Assembly: GCA_977020255.1 (NCBI GenBank)
Contig: CDROCS010000546.1
Coordinates: 62,001-126,000, forward strand
DNA: 64,000 nt
Source: Obrimoposthia wandeli
Taxonomy: Eukaryota
Direction: 5' to 3'
Made by a program: the position numbers and the translations under genes. The notes beneath the pieces are model-generated. The model saw only the letters and a program-made list of their open reading frames with translations, made no database searches and was not told the origin of the DNA. This document shows positions 49,470 through 58,587 of the stretch, in pieces (positions within the stretch are counted from its first letter, which is position 1; every line of letters begins with the position of its first letter).

Positions 49470-50128
49470 TTAAGTTAAATAACGCCTTAAAGTGTGCGAG
49501 CTTAATGTTCTCCTTGTTCATCACGGGTTGTGCAATGACAGACACCGTACCTTATGACTATAGTGCTCTGGAAAAGAGTAAACCGAGATCGATTGTTGTC
49601 ATTCCCCCGTTAAATAACTCTATAGAGGTTAACGCCCCTTATATTTATTTATCGACCATCAGCAAACCTCTGGCGGAAAAAGGTTATTACGTTTTCCCTG
49701 TTGCTGTCATCGATCGTATGCTTAAAGAAAATGGCCTACCCGGCCCCGCTGAAATGAACAATATAGCGCTAAATAAAATAGATCAGTATATTGGCGCCGA
49801 TGCAGCGCTTTACGTCACGATTGAAGATTGGGGACAAAAATATCAAGTAGTTTCATCAAGCGCCGTAGTCAAAGCTAATCTGAAGATGGTGGATGTCAAA
49901 ACTGGCGAAATTCTTTGGCAGGCGTCTGCTCAAGCAGTGCACACACCTGACAATGGTAACAATGGGCTGGCTGGGATGTTAATCGGGGCACTGGTTAATC
50001 AAATTGTAGGGTCCATTGCAGATCCTACTCCTGGGCTGTCTTCACAGGCAAATACCCTCGCCATTAACGATTCGAAAAAGGGCCTACTAACAGGCCCCTA
50101 CTATATCGACCCTAAAGAGCGCCAGTAA
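49466..50128 (+). CDS. DUF799/GNA1162-like lipoprotein
   Basis: Lipobox ITGC. PRSIVVIPP, EKGYYVFPV and GADAALYVTIEDWG. Confidence 0.82.
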   Translation: MIKLNNALKCASLMFSLFITGCAMTDTVPYDYSALEKSKPRSIVVIPPLNNSIEVNAPYIYLSTISKPLAEKGYYVFPVAVIDRMLKENGLPGPAEMNNIALNKIDQYIGADAALYVTIEDWGQKYQVVSSSAVVKANLKMVDVKTGEILWQASAQAVHTPDNGNNGLAGMLIGALVNQIVGSIADPTPGLSSQANTLAINDSKKGLLTGPYYIDPKERQ

Positions 50129-50135
50129 ACTTACC

Positions 50136-50172
50136 TAGTGATAGTGTTAGCTCACGCTAGCACTATCCACTA
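50136..50172. terminator. Hairpin between convergent DUF799 and phnN genes
   Basis: GATAGTGTTAGC-TCAC-GCTAGCACTATC stem. Confidence 0.5.
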
Positions 50173-50173
50173 A

Positions 50174-50719
50174 TTACTTTTGCGCGATCACTGCGAGCAA
50201 TCGCTCGCAGCCTTTATCCAATACACCACTGTTATCAATCACCACTATATCATCGGGTAGCAACTGACTTATCTCGCGATGGCGCTGTAAGCGTGCGTTG
50301 ATCTGATCTTCGTTTTCTCGACCGCGGCTCTCCAAGCGCTGGCGCAAGCATCCCTCATCGACTGTCACGACGATAGGCACTAATGCCGGGTAACGTATTT
50401 GAGCTTGTTCAAGGTATTGGCGTGAACCATTGACCAACACACTGACGCCCCTGTCGAGCAAGTTATCTAGCTCTATACCAATCCCGTAACTACAGCCATT
50501 TGCCTGCCAACTTAAGGCGAACTCACCCGCTTGACGCTGCTGTTCAAATAAGCGTGGGCTCAACGGAATATGCTCTTCACCGGGCCCCTCTGCTCTGGTG
50601 ATGTAACGTTGAATGACCACGGTATTATGTTGCGACTTTAAGGTTTTTTGGCACGCTGCCAACAAACTATCTTTGCCAGAACCTGATGCCCCAACGATGT
50701 AAAACAACTTTGCGCTCAT
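50174..50719 (-). CDS. phnN: Ribose 1,5-bisphosphate phosphokinase
   Basis: VGASGSGKDSL, RYITR, FALSWQANG.SYGIG, VNGSR and RGRE. Confidence 0.9.
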   Translation of the reverse strand: MSAKLFYIVGASGSGKDSLLAACQKTLKSQHNTVVIQRYITRAEGPGEEHIPLSPRLFEQQRQAGEFALSWQANGCSYGIGIELDNLLDRGVSVLVNGSRQYLEQAQIRYPALVPIVVTVDEGCLRQRLESRGRENEDQINARLQRHREISQLLPDDIVVIDNSGVLDKGCERLLAVIAQK

Positions 50720-50788
50720 CTCTCTACTCTCATCTTTAACATGCTACTATGCTGGCGACAAACCCCGACAGATGCAAGGAGATTTACC

Positions 50789-51196
50789 ATGAACAATACG
50801 GATACCGTCGTTTTAGGGAGCTGCCTGTGCGGCAAGATAAATTACCGTATTCACGGTGCTATTGGGGAGATAGTACACTGCCATTGCGTTACTTGTCGCA
50901 AAGCTCACGCCAGTGCCTTTTCCAGCGTTGTTGCCGTCGCGGATGACGACTTTGAACTTTCTGGAGAGCAGCACTTACATAGCTATGAGTCATCTGTGGG
51001 AAAACTGCGCTATTTTTGTCGTCATTGCGCCAGCCAAATTTATGCCAAACGTACCGCCAGCACTCATATCATCCTACGCTTAGGCACCATAGATTCAGAA
51101 TTTTCAGCCACCGAAAAAAACCATATTTGGACATCACAACAAGCTAGCTGGTATAAAATCGACAGCCAACTTCCCCAGTGCGCAACCTTTGAGTAA
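50789..51196 (+). CDS. GFA/CENP-V family zinc protein
   Basis: GSCLCG, CHCVTCRK and FCRHC. AGGAG RBS before ATG 50789. Confidence 0.9.
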   Translation: MNNTDTVVLGSCLCGKINYRIHGAIGEIVHCHCVTCRKAHASAFSSVVAVADDDFELSGEQHLHSYESSVGKLRYFCRHCASQIYAKRTASTHIILRLGTIDSEFSATEKNHIWTSQQASWYKIDSQLPQCATFE

Positions 51197-51268
51197 AACG
51201 GCTACCCCCATAATTCTCATACGAGACGTTTCATGCAAGAATAGTACGAAGAGCAAAGCAGCGCTCCA

Positions 51269-51835
51269 TTACAACAGCATCAGTACTATTTGCTGGCGGC
51301 ATGTATTGAGTAAATTAGCCGCTGCTTCTCGCTCCATCGTGCGAGCGATGGCCACTGCCCCTATCATCATCGCCGTCGCCGCCTCTACCTGACTGCGCGG
51401 TACGTTGCGAAACGCTTGCAGGCGCTGGTAAAGAATGTCATTCATCCCGGTAAAGGCTCGCGCATAGCAAGCTTTTGCCGTCTCACCTCTTACGGCGATA
51501 TCGGTGGCCATAAAGGCCAACGGACAAGCGCGAGTACCCCCGACATGCTCTACACTCAAATAATTCTCAAGTAATATCTCTACCCATTCTCTGTCACTTA
51601 GACCACTGGGCTTATTATCTAGCGCGGGGCTTGATTGCGCACCGTAAGCAATCGCTGCGCTGTACAGATCGGCTTTACTTTTAAAGTGATTGTAAAAGGC
51701 ACCCCGGGTTAACGCTGCCGTTTGCATCACTTTATCAACCGTTATCGCTGCAAAACCATGATGGCTAAATAAGCGGTAAGCACTCTCTAGAATCTTATCT
51801 CTAGTCAGCGCTTTGTGTGCTTTGCTGTACGGCAT
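51269..51835 (-). CDS. TetR/AcrR family regulator
   Basis: LFSHHGFAAITVDKVM...LTRGAFYNHFKSK. Confidence 0.9.
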   Translation of the reverse strand: MPYSKAHKALTRDKILESAYRLFSHHGFAAITVDKVMQTAALTRGAFYNHFKSKADLYSAAIAYGAQSSPALDNKPSGLSDREWVEILLENYLSVEHVGGTRACPLAFMATDIAVRGETAKACYARAFTGMNDILYQRLQAFRNVPRSQVEAATAMMIGAVAIARTMEREAAANLLNTCRQQIVLMLL

Positions 51836-51863
51836 AATATATCCAATAGACTCATTAAATTTT

Positions 51864-51883
51864 AATATGATGTTTATCATATT
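51864..51883. promoter_or_regulatory. Candidate TetR operator AATATGAT-GTTT-ATCATATT
   Basis: Perfect 8-bp inverted repeat between the divergent TetR and GFA genes. Confidence 0.7.
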
Positions 51884-51925
51884 TTATTTCACCCTTATGA
51901 TCTTTCTTTTTCTCAAGGGATTATC

Positions 51926-52297
51926 ATGAAAAAATTTGAATCTTCGTGCGCTTGCGGCACAGTATCGACTGTATTCACTCTGCCGGTCACTGCCGTTGTC
52001 GAGTGTCATTGTCAATTGTGTCGGCGTATGCAGGGCGCTAGTTTTATGAATTGGATAGCGGTGCCCAATGGCCAAATCACTGTCACTAAAGGTAGTGACA
52101 GTATTGCGAGCTATCGGATTAATGAGCGCTCCAGCAAGTTCTTTTGCAAGCAGTGTGGCAGCACGGTATTTGGTGAGAATGGTAAACATTTTCCCGAACA
52201 CAAGGCAGTGCCATTGGGCAATATCCTCAATTATAGTCAGGAGCTAGCTCCTAAGCACAAAGTCTATACTGACAGTGCCGCGCCTTGGTTAGAGTAA
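51926..52297 (+). CDS. GFA/CENP-V family zinc protein
   Basis: SCACG, CHCQLCRR and FCKQCGS. Confidence 0.88.
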   Translation: MKKFESSCACGTVSTVFTLPVTAVVECHCQLCRRMQGASFMNWIAVPNGQITVTKGSDSIASYRINERSSKFFCKQCGSTVFGENGKHFPEHKAVPLGNILNYSQELAPKHKVYTDSAAPWLE

Positions 52298-52344
52298 CCA
52301 TTAAACGTACCATTGGCCGCTCAACATTGAGCGGCGATATTTCC

Positions 52345-52511
52345 CTAGGAGCTTGTCGGACTTGGCCGATCGTCGCGAGAAAAATAAGGTTTGAGGCAGA
52401 TTTTTTGATCTTTTGAGGCGAATAGCGCGCTATTCAACGATAAAGAGCGGAAAATATGACCAAATTCTGATTTTTCGCAGTAGATTAGTGGTTAGTCCGA
52501 CAGGCTCCTAG
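52345..52511. mobile_element. MITE-like non-autonomous element, 167 bp including both CTAG ends
   Basis: Left end CTAGGAGCTTGTCGGACT; reverse complement of right end CTAGGAGCCTGTCGGACT. Central perfect palindrome GAATAGCGCGCTATTC (52420-52435). No ORF. Confidence 0.8.
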
Positions 52512-55500
52512 GCGATCATCCTCTGTTGATAACCAATTAACTGAGCATATGCTCCCCCCCGATGCATCATTTCTTTGTGCTTACCTTGCTCAACCACCTC
52601 ACCGGCATTGAGCACGATAATCTCATCTGCATCTTCTACACTGCTCAAGCGATGGGCGATCACCAGTGAAGTTCTCCCTTTCATCAGTTTTGCCAGTGCT
52701 TGCTGCACCGCCCGCTCACTTAAGGTATCAAGGTGCGAAGTCGCCTCATCCAGAATAAGGATAGGGGCATCGCGCAGAAAAGCTCTGGCGATAGAGAGCC
52801 GCTGTCGCTGTCCACCTGATAGTGCATGACCACGTTCGCCCACTCGTGTTGCAAGACCTAGAGGTAAGTTGGCGATAAAATCTTGCAACTGCGCACTGGC
52901 AATCGCACTGTCCAATTCTGCTTGACTCGCCTGTGGCTTCGCCATGCGCAAATTACTCTCAATACTCTCGTTAAACAGGTACGTATCTTGCGCGACGATA
53001 GCCACTTGATTTTGTAGTTGTGCCAGCGGAATTTGTCGAATATCTTGCCCCTGTATCAATATTTGTCCCTGCTGCGGATCCCAAAAACGCATTAGCAAAT
53101 GCGCCAAGGTACTCTTTCCCGCACCGGAGCTACCAACCAATGCAACTTTAGACCCTGGAGCTAAGGTAATATTAACGTGTTTGAGTACCTTCTCAGAGCT
53201 CTCTTTCTCTGCATAGCTGAAAGACAAATCGCGAAATTCTACCCGGTAACCTTGCTCATCGGCGTGTAAGTTGGCTGAGAAAGTCTCTGTGCCGTTATCT
53301 TGCACGGTCGGAGATGCCTGCTCTACTTGCATCAATCTACTGGTCGCCGCTAATGTATCCGCCAGTTGCCTAGCCACATCCGATACTTCTATGACAGGTA
53401 AGAAGGCAGCGATCGCTGCCAGCGCAATCAAGGGAAGGTAAAGCGCATCTAATTGCCCGCTATTGACTAGCGGTATCGCTAACAATGTGAGTGCTAGCGC
53501 GGCGCTAATGGTGATGACCTCTGTCAGCGTGCTCTGCAATGTCATCACTTTAAAGAAGCCTAAACGCTGCTGTTTGTGCTGGTTAATCAATTCACTCAGG
53601 TCTTTACGACGCGGCTCACTCGCCTGATAGTTAAGCACTTCGTTGAGCCCCTGTAACGTATCGACACTGTGCGCGGCAATCAGCGCTAAGAAGGTTCGCG
53701 CCTTACTGGCTTGCGTATCTAAGCGCTGGCGAAATAACACCGGCATCAATGCCACCGTCGCGAGGAAGGGCAACAGGGCAAAACTGAGTACTGGCGAGAA
53801 GCTGGCCAACAACATCAGCACCGCTCCTGGTACCAATATCGCCACCAACACGGGTGCGATAGTATGGGCAAAAAAGTATTCCACCATCTCTATATCGTGG
53901 GTCGCTAAATTGATCATATCACCGCTGCGCCGGCGTACCATGAAAGCAGGCGCCAACCGCTCTAGTTGCTTGAACAAGGCAATACGCATTTGTGAGAGCA
54001 TGCGAAAAGCCATATCGTGTGCCACCCAAGATTCCAACCAATGTAGTAGAGCAGCGACCACGGCACTGATCATTAAACCGGTGAGCCATCCTTGATAATC
54101 TTGCGCACTTTTCAGCGTGACGCTGACCATGGCCGCACACAAACTCACCCCAATAAATGCGCTCACCCTGCCGGTCGCCAATAAAAAGGTCAGAGTCAAT
54201 TGCCCCTTCCACGGCGCCGCCAAACTAAAAAGCATGCGTAGCACTTGCGCCCAACTGTGCTTATCACCCTGTAAAACTTGCTGCTCTTGCTCTTGCTCGT
54301 TACTGTTAGATGCCACTGGTTGTCTGGCGATATGCTCTGTTAGCTGGGCGGGCTGAGTAGGTATTGATGTGATATGCGACGCTGTCGCCTGAATCTGGCT
54401 CGCCATTAAGCCGGCATATTGACCCTCTTGTGCCATCAGCGCTTGATGAGAGCCACGTTCAGCAACGCGCCCTTTATCGAGTAAAATAATTTCATCGCAA
54501 TCGATAACACTGCTCAACCGATGAGCCAGCACTAGGCAAGTACGCCCGCGCATCAACCGGTTGAGAGCGCTTTGAATCACTTGCTCATTTTGGACATCAA
54601 CCGCTGAAAGCGCCTCGTCCAATATCAGTATAGGCGCATCGCGTAACAGTGCGCGAGCGATCGCCAAACGCTGACGCTGCCCTCCCGAAAGGCGCGCTCC
54701 GCGCTCGCCTATAACCGTATGATAACCGTGCTCTAACTGAGATATAAAGGAGTGAGCATTGGCAGTTTGTGCCGCGCGCTCTATTTGTTCAATACTCGCT
54801 TCTGGGTTCGCCAGCTTCAAGTTTTCAAGTACGCTGGCGTGAAATAAATAGGTATCTTGGCTCACCACCGAAAACTGAGCGCGTAATGATTGTAAGTCCA
54901 TATCTTGTATATTAACGCCTCCCAGCGCAATACTGCCCCCTTGCGGTTGATAGTGACGTAACAACAAATTGATAATGGTCGATTTACCACCGCCACTACT
55001 GCCGACCACACCAATGCGCTGACCAGCTGCTACACTAAAACTTAAATCACGATGCACACTCCCACGCAGTGAATCGGTCACTACATCTTTGTCAGCACAG
55101 GGATAGCTAAACGCCACTTGTTTAAAGCAAATTGAAGGTTCAAATACGCTCCCACTGTGTGCCACTTCGCCAACAGTGGTAGGCGCGTCCAATACATTGA
55201 ACAGCTGTTGCGCCGCCGCGTTAGCTAGCATGCCATCGTGTAGTAAGCCGCGTAGTTCTCGCAGGGGTTTAAACACTTCGACCCCGAGTAATAGAACTAA
55301 CAGTAAGCTCTGATAGCTCATTGTGCCTTCATTGAACTGATGAGCAGCCACTGCCAGTGCAATCGCTGCGCCTAGCGTAATCCCTATATCGGTAATTGCG
55401 CGGGTCAATGAGTTAGTGGCCATTACCCACATAGTGCTTTGAAATAGCGCCTCTGCTTTTTCGGCTAACTTGCCCTCTCGCGCTTTACTTTGACCGAATG

Positions 55501-56128
55501 CTTTTAAGGTAACGATACCTTGTAACGCGTCGAGAAACTCAGCGGCGAAAGCGCGATATGCTTGAGAGCGCAACAGAGAAAAACGACTGTCCCAGCGCTG
55601 AAATAAGCTAGGAGCTAGTAAAGTGAATAACGCAGCGCTTAGCAAAACTAACGCCACTGCAATATTGATTTGACTGGCAACTGCGAAGATGACAAAAGGC
55701 GTTAGCAGTGCGACGAATAACTGGGGTAGATAGCGACCAAAGTAAATTTCAAGCTGCTCGACACCTTCGACGCTGGTGGTGGCTAGTTCGCCACTGCGCT
55801 GCGAGGCTAAAAAAGCGGGTCCAAGCTCAATGAAACGATCGTACAGTTGTAGCCTAATTTCTCGCTGTACTTGCGCGGCGGTGTGATGCGCTGCTATTTT
55901 TCGCCAATAACCACAAACCGCATATAATCCTATCGCCAGCCCCAGGCTCAGCGCTACCGGCCAAATTTTAGCCGCATCAGCGCTCTGTACCGCGAGGCTA
56001 ATTAGCCAACCGAGCAGTAATAAACGCACGATGCCCAAGAGCGATTCCACCAGCCCAAGCATCACCGAACCCACTATTCTCTTGCGCACGTTTGCGGTGA
56101 GTAGCCACAACTTTCGATTGAAATACAT
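52508..56128 (-). CDS. Fused full-length ABC exporter TMD-NBD-TMD-NBD (CydD-CydC-like)
   Basis: Two canonical NBDs (GSSGGGKS and GSSGAGKS, LSGGQRQR twice, ILILDEA twice, AHRL twice). TMD1 has EGVEQLEIYFGRYLPQ, similar to CydD. Confidence 0.9.
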   Translation of the reverse strand: MYFNRKLWLLTANVRKRIVGSVMLGLVESLLGIVRLLLLGWLISLAVQSADAAKIWPVALSLGLAIGLYAVCGYWRKIAAHHTAAQVQREIRLQLYDRFIELGPAFLASQRSGELATTSVEGVEQLEIYFGRYLPQLFVALLTPFVIFAVASQINIAVALVLLSAALFTLLAPSLFQRWDSRFSLLRSQAYRAFAAEFLDALQGIVTLKAFGQSKAREGKLAEKAEALFQSTMWVMATNSLTRAITDIGITLGAAIALAVAAHQFNEGTMSYQSLLLVLLLGVEVFKPLRELRGLLHDGMLANAAAQQLFNVLDAPTTVGEVAHSGSVFEPSICFKQVAFSYPCADKDVVTDSLRGSVHRDLSFSVAAGQRIGVVGSSGGGKSTIINLLLRHYQPQGGSIALGGVNIQDMDLQSLRAQFSVVSQDTYLFHASVLENLKLANPEASIEQIERAAQTANAHSFISQLEHGYHTVIGERGARLSGGQRQRLAIARALLRDAPILILDEALSAVDVQNEQVIQSALNRLMRGRTCLVLAHRLSSVIDCDEIILLDKGRVAERGSHQALMAQEGQYAGLMASQIQATASHITSIPTQPAQLTEHIARQPVASNSNEQEQEQQVLQGDKHSWAQVLRMLFSLAAPWKGQLTLTFLLATGRVSAFIGVSLCAAMVSVTLKSAQDYQGWLTGLMISAVVAALLHWLESWVAHDMAFRMLSQMRIALFKQLERLAPAFMVRRRSGDMINLATHDIEMVEYFFAHTIAPVLVAILVPGAVLMLLASFSPVLSFALLPFLATVALMPVLFRQRLDTQASKARTFLALIAAHSVDTLQGLNEVLNYQASEPRRKDLSELINQHKQQRLGFFKVMTLQSTLTEVITISAALALTLLAIPLVNSGQLDALYLPLIALAAIAAFLPVIEVSDVARQLADTLAATSRLMQVEQASPTVQDNGTETFSANLHADEQGYRVEFRDLSFSYAEKESSEKVLKHVNITLAPGSKVALVGSSGAGKSTLAHLLMRFWDPQQGQILIQGQDIRQIPLAQLQNQVAIVAQDTYLFNESIESNLRMAKPQASQAELDSAIASAQLQDFIANLPLGLATRVGERGHALSGGQRQRLSIARAFLRDAPILILDEATSHLDTLSERAVQQALAKLMKGRTSLVIAHRLSSVEDADEIIVLNAGEVVEQGKHKEMMHRGGAYAQLIGYQQRMIA

Positions 56129-56215
56129 CCCTTCCCTCTCTTTATATTTATCTGCTAGAGGAAACAGCTTAGGTCAATTAAATTTGTTATGTAATCGATT
56201 AAAACTTATAGTATC

Positions 56216-56231
56216 TATTCATTTATGAATA
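56216..56231. promoter_or_regulatory. LysR-type box TATTCAT-TT-ATGAATA
   Basis: Perfect inverted repeat containing T-N11-A, between the ABC gene and the divergent LysR gene. Confidence 0.6.
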
Positions 56232-56241
56232 GGCGGTTATT

Positions 56242-57141
56242 GTGAAATTTGATTGGGATGATCTCAAAATTTTCCTCACCATCAGTGAACAGGGAAACCT
56301 CTCTGCCGCATCGCGGGTACTCAATATCAGCCAACCCACGGTAGGTAGGCGTCTAAAGTCGCTGGAAGATAGTTTGGGCACCGCACTATTCGATCGCTTA
56401 CCCGATGGTTTGGCCCTGACCAACCAAGGCGAACAGCTTATCCCTCTAGCCACTAATATGCAGCACGCTGCCAATGCGGTACAACGCCAACAAGCTAGTT
56501 ACAGTAACCGCGTGACCGGCACTGTGCGCATTTCAATGTACGAACACATTGCACAGTTTTTCACCCCGCACTTACCTGCTCTGCGTGCCCTGTGCCCAGA
56601 TATAGAGCTGGAGATAGCAATTGCGCACGGCGCTCCTAACCTCTCAAGACGCGAGGCCGACATTATGATTCGTGAATGCTTACCTGACATTCCCGACGTC
56701 ATCGCCAGGCGCCTTGGTCACTATCACTATGGTATTTACGCCGCGCCAAGTTATATTGCCAAACATCCACAAGCGATCGATCAACAGCGTTATCAGCATT
56801 GCGATTGGGTAAGTTTTGATGATGACCACATGAGATTCACCGGCCAGTTGTGGCTGCGTAAACAATTACAGGGGCGCCAGCCTTGTATTAGAACCAACAA
56901 CGGTGTCGTATTGTTAGATGCTCTTTTACAAGGCGTCGGTATTGGAGTACTACCCTGTTTTGTCGGCGAGCAAGAAAGCGGATTAGAGTGCCTAGAAATA
57001 TTGCCTGACACTAGCGTTCATCTACATTTACTCTACCATAAGGATATGCGTAAATCCGCGGCGGTGCGGGCCATGCTTGAAGCCGTCGCCAGCTTGTTTG
57101 AGCAGCACCATCAGCAACTACACGGTACTGAACACCACTAA
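56242..57141 (+). CDS. LysR family regulator
   Basis: FDWDDLKIFL, SQPTVGRRLKSLE and LSRREADIMIR. Confidence 0.92.
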   Translation: MKFDWDDLKIFLTISEQGNLSAASRVLNISQPTVGRRLKSLEDSLGTALFDRLPDGLALTNQGEQLIPLATNMQHAANAVQRQQASYSNRVTGTVRISMYEHIAQFFTPHLPALRALCPDIELEIAIAHGAPNLSRREADIMIRECLPDIPDVIARRLGHYHYGIYAAPSYIAKHPQAIDQQRYQHCDWVSFDDDHMRFTGQLWLRKQLQGRQPCIRTNNGVVLLDALLQGVGIGVLPCFVGEQESGLECLEILPDTSVHLHLLYHKDMRKSAAVRAMLEAVASLFEQHHQQLHGTEHH

Positions 57142-57155
57142 ATGCGAGGTTTACG

Positions 57156-57524
57156 ATGAAATTTTACAGCATTATCTGCGCCACTCTACTATTGGGTGGC
57201 TGCGCAGCACAGCTAACCACTCACACTTCTGCTGAGCGCTACTACCTCAGTACAGATTATCAAGGTTGGAAAAGCCGCTCTAAAATTTGCGCGCAACTTG
57301 CCGAGCAGCCATTGTGTCATCAGCTAATTGACGGCATTGAATTGCGCAAAGTACTCGGTAGTAATGTTTTAACTTGGGCCGATAAAGCCCGTGCTAACAA
57401 TCCTTCACCGCCTGAACCCGTGCAGCAAAGTATTTCGAGCAAACAAGCCAACGCGATACTCAAAGCAATGGAGAGAGATGCACTAAACCCACATCCCTTT
57501 AAAGTACCTTTTGAATTTGATTAA
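57156..57524 (+). CDS. Hypothetical lipoprotein
   Basis: GAGG RBS and lipobox LLGGC. Confidence 0.65.
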   Translation: MKFYSIICATLLLGGCAAQLTTHTSAERYYLSTDYQGWKSRSKICAQLAEQPLCHQLIDGIELRKVLGSNVLTWADKARANNPSPPEPVQQSISSKQANAILKAMERDALNPHPFKVPFEFD

Positions 57525-57644
57525 GGCATTTACTCTGTTGGCTTTAATAAATTCCCTGCTCACTGATACTTTATGATGAGTGAAGAGAGCGGGTCCAATT
57601 TTCTAGCGATTTAATCAACTATTGATACCCGTTTTAATGATCAA

Positions 57645-58562
57645 TCACTCTGGTACGGTCATTGATTGGGGCTGCACTTCTTCGGCGCACAGTGAGCTAC
57701 TCGCCTTTGCCAATTTAACAAACTCAGCAATACCGCGTTTTTTACTGTGTAAACGTAACCAAGAAACGTGCTCTACCACGCCTCGATCATCTTGGATGGG
57801 AACAAGCGCGTATCGGCTATTGTCCTCGCGGATGTCATCACTCAAACTAAATCCTACCCCCAATCCTAAAGCAACGGCATTACAGACGTGCTCCGACATG
57901 CCCATTTCCATATCGATATTGGGCGTAGCACCGCGCTCTACGAGCAGTTGATTGGCGTATTTTTGGGTGTAGGAGTCCGGTTGATGGGCGATAATCGACT
58001 CCTCACTCAGCTCGCCAATATCAATAGACTTGGCGTTGGCTAACGGATGAGCGGGATTGAGCACTGCCATTAAGTAATGTCGATGAAATGCCATACTTTC
58101 AATGCTTTGCGGTGGGTCATACATGGGGAACAAACCGATATCAGCTTCGCGATTTATGATAGCGGCACGACATACCTCCGTGGTGCCTGATATCACTTGT
58201 AGCTTTGCATGGGGGTAATGCTGCCTAAAGGCGGCCATCAATGGCATGAAAATAATGGGTGAGGCGGTGGCTACTCGTAACTGAAACTTTTCAACCTCTT
58301 CTTGACGACTAAATAACTCATCCACCGCGGCATCTAAGTTGACGTATTCACAACTTAAATTATATAGCTGTAAACCGACTTCCGTCGGTTTTACGCCCTT
58401 GCGGTAGCGCTCAAGCAACACTTGCTTAGTACGCGCCTCAAGACGGCGAACTTGCGCGGTAATTGCCGGTTGGCTGACCCCTAAATGCTTGGCAGCTTGA
58501 GTAAAACTGCCAAACTTAACCAGGGCGTTAAAGCTGCGAATTTCGCTAAAGGTTATATCCAT
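57645..58562 (-). CDS. LysR family regulator
   Basis: GSFTQAAKHLGVSQPAITAQVRRLE. Same orientation as the ABC operon, directly after it. Confidence 0.9.
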   Translation of the reverse strand: MDITFSEIRSFNALVKFGSFTQAAKHLGVSQPAITAQVRRLEARTKQVLLERYRKGVKPTEVGLQLYNLSCEYVNLDAAVDELFSRQEEVEKFQLRVATASPIIFMPLMAAFRQHYPHAKLQVISGTTEVCRAAIINREADIGLFPMYDPPQSIESMAFHRHYLMAVLNPAHPLANAKSIDIGELSEESIIAHQPDSYTQKYANQLLVERGATPNIDMEMGMSEHVCNAVALGLGVGFSLSDDIREDNSRYALVPIQDDRGVVEHVSWLRLHSKKRGIAEFVKLAKASSSLCAEEVQPQSMTVPE

Positions 58563-58587
58563 TACGTATAGTCACTGTTACAACATT

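Noticed and set aside
54280-54302. TGCTCT microrepeat (EQEQEQ)
   Set aside because: Only about three units in a linker, too short for a credible phase-variation tract.
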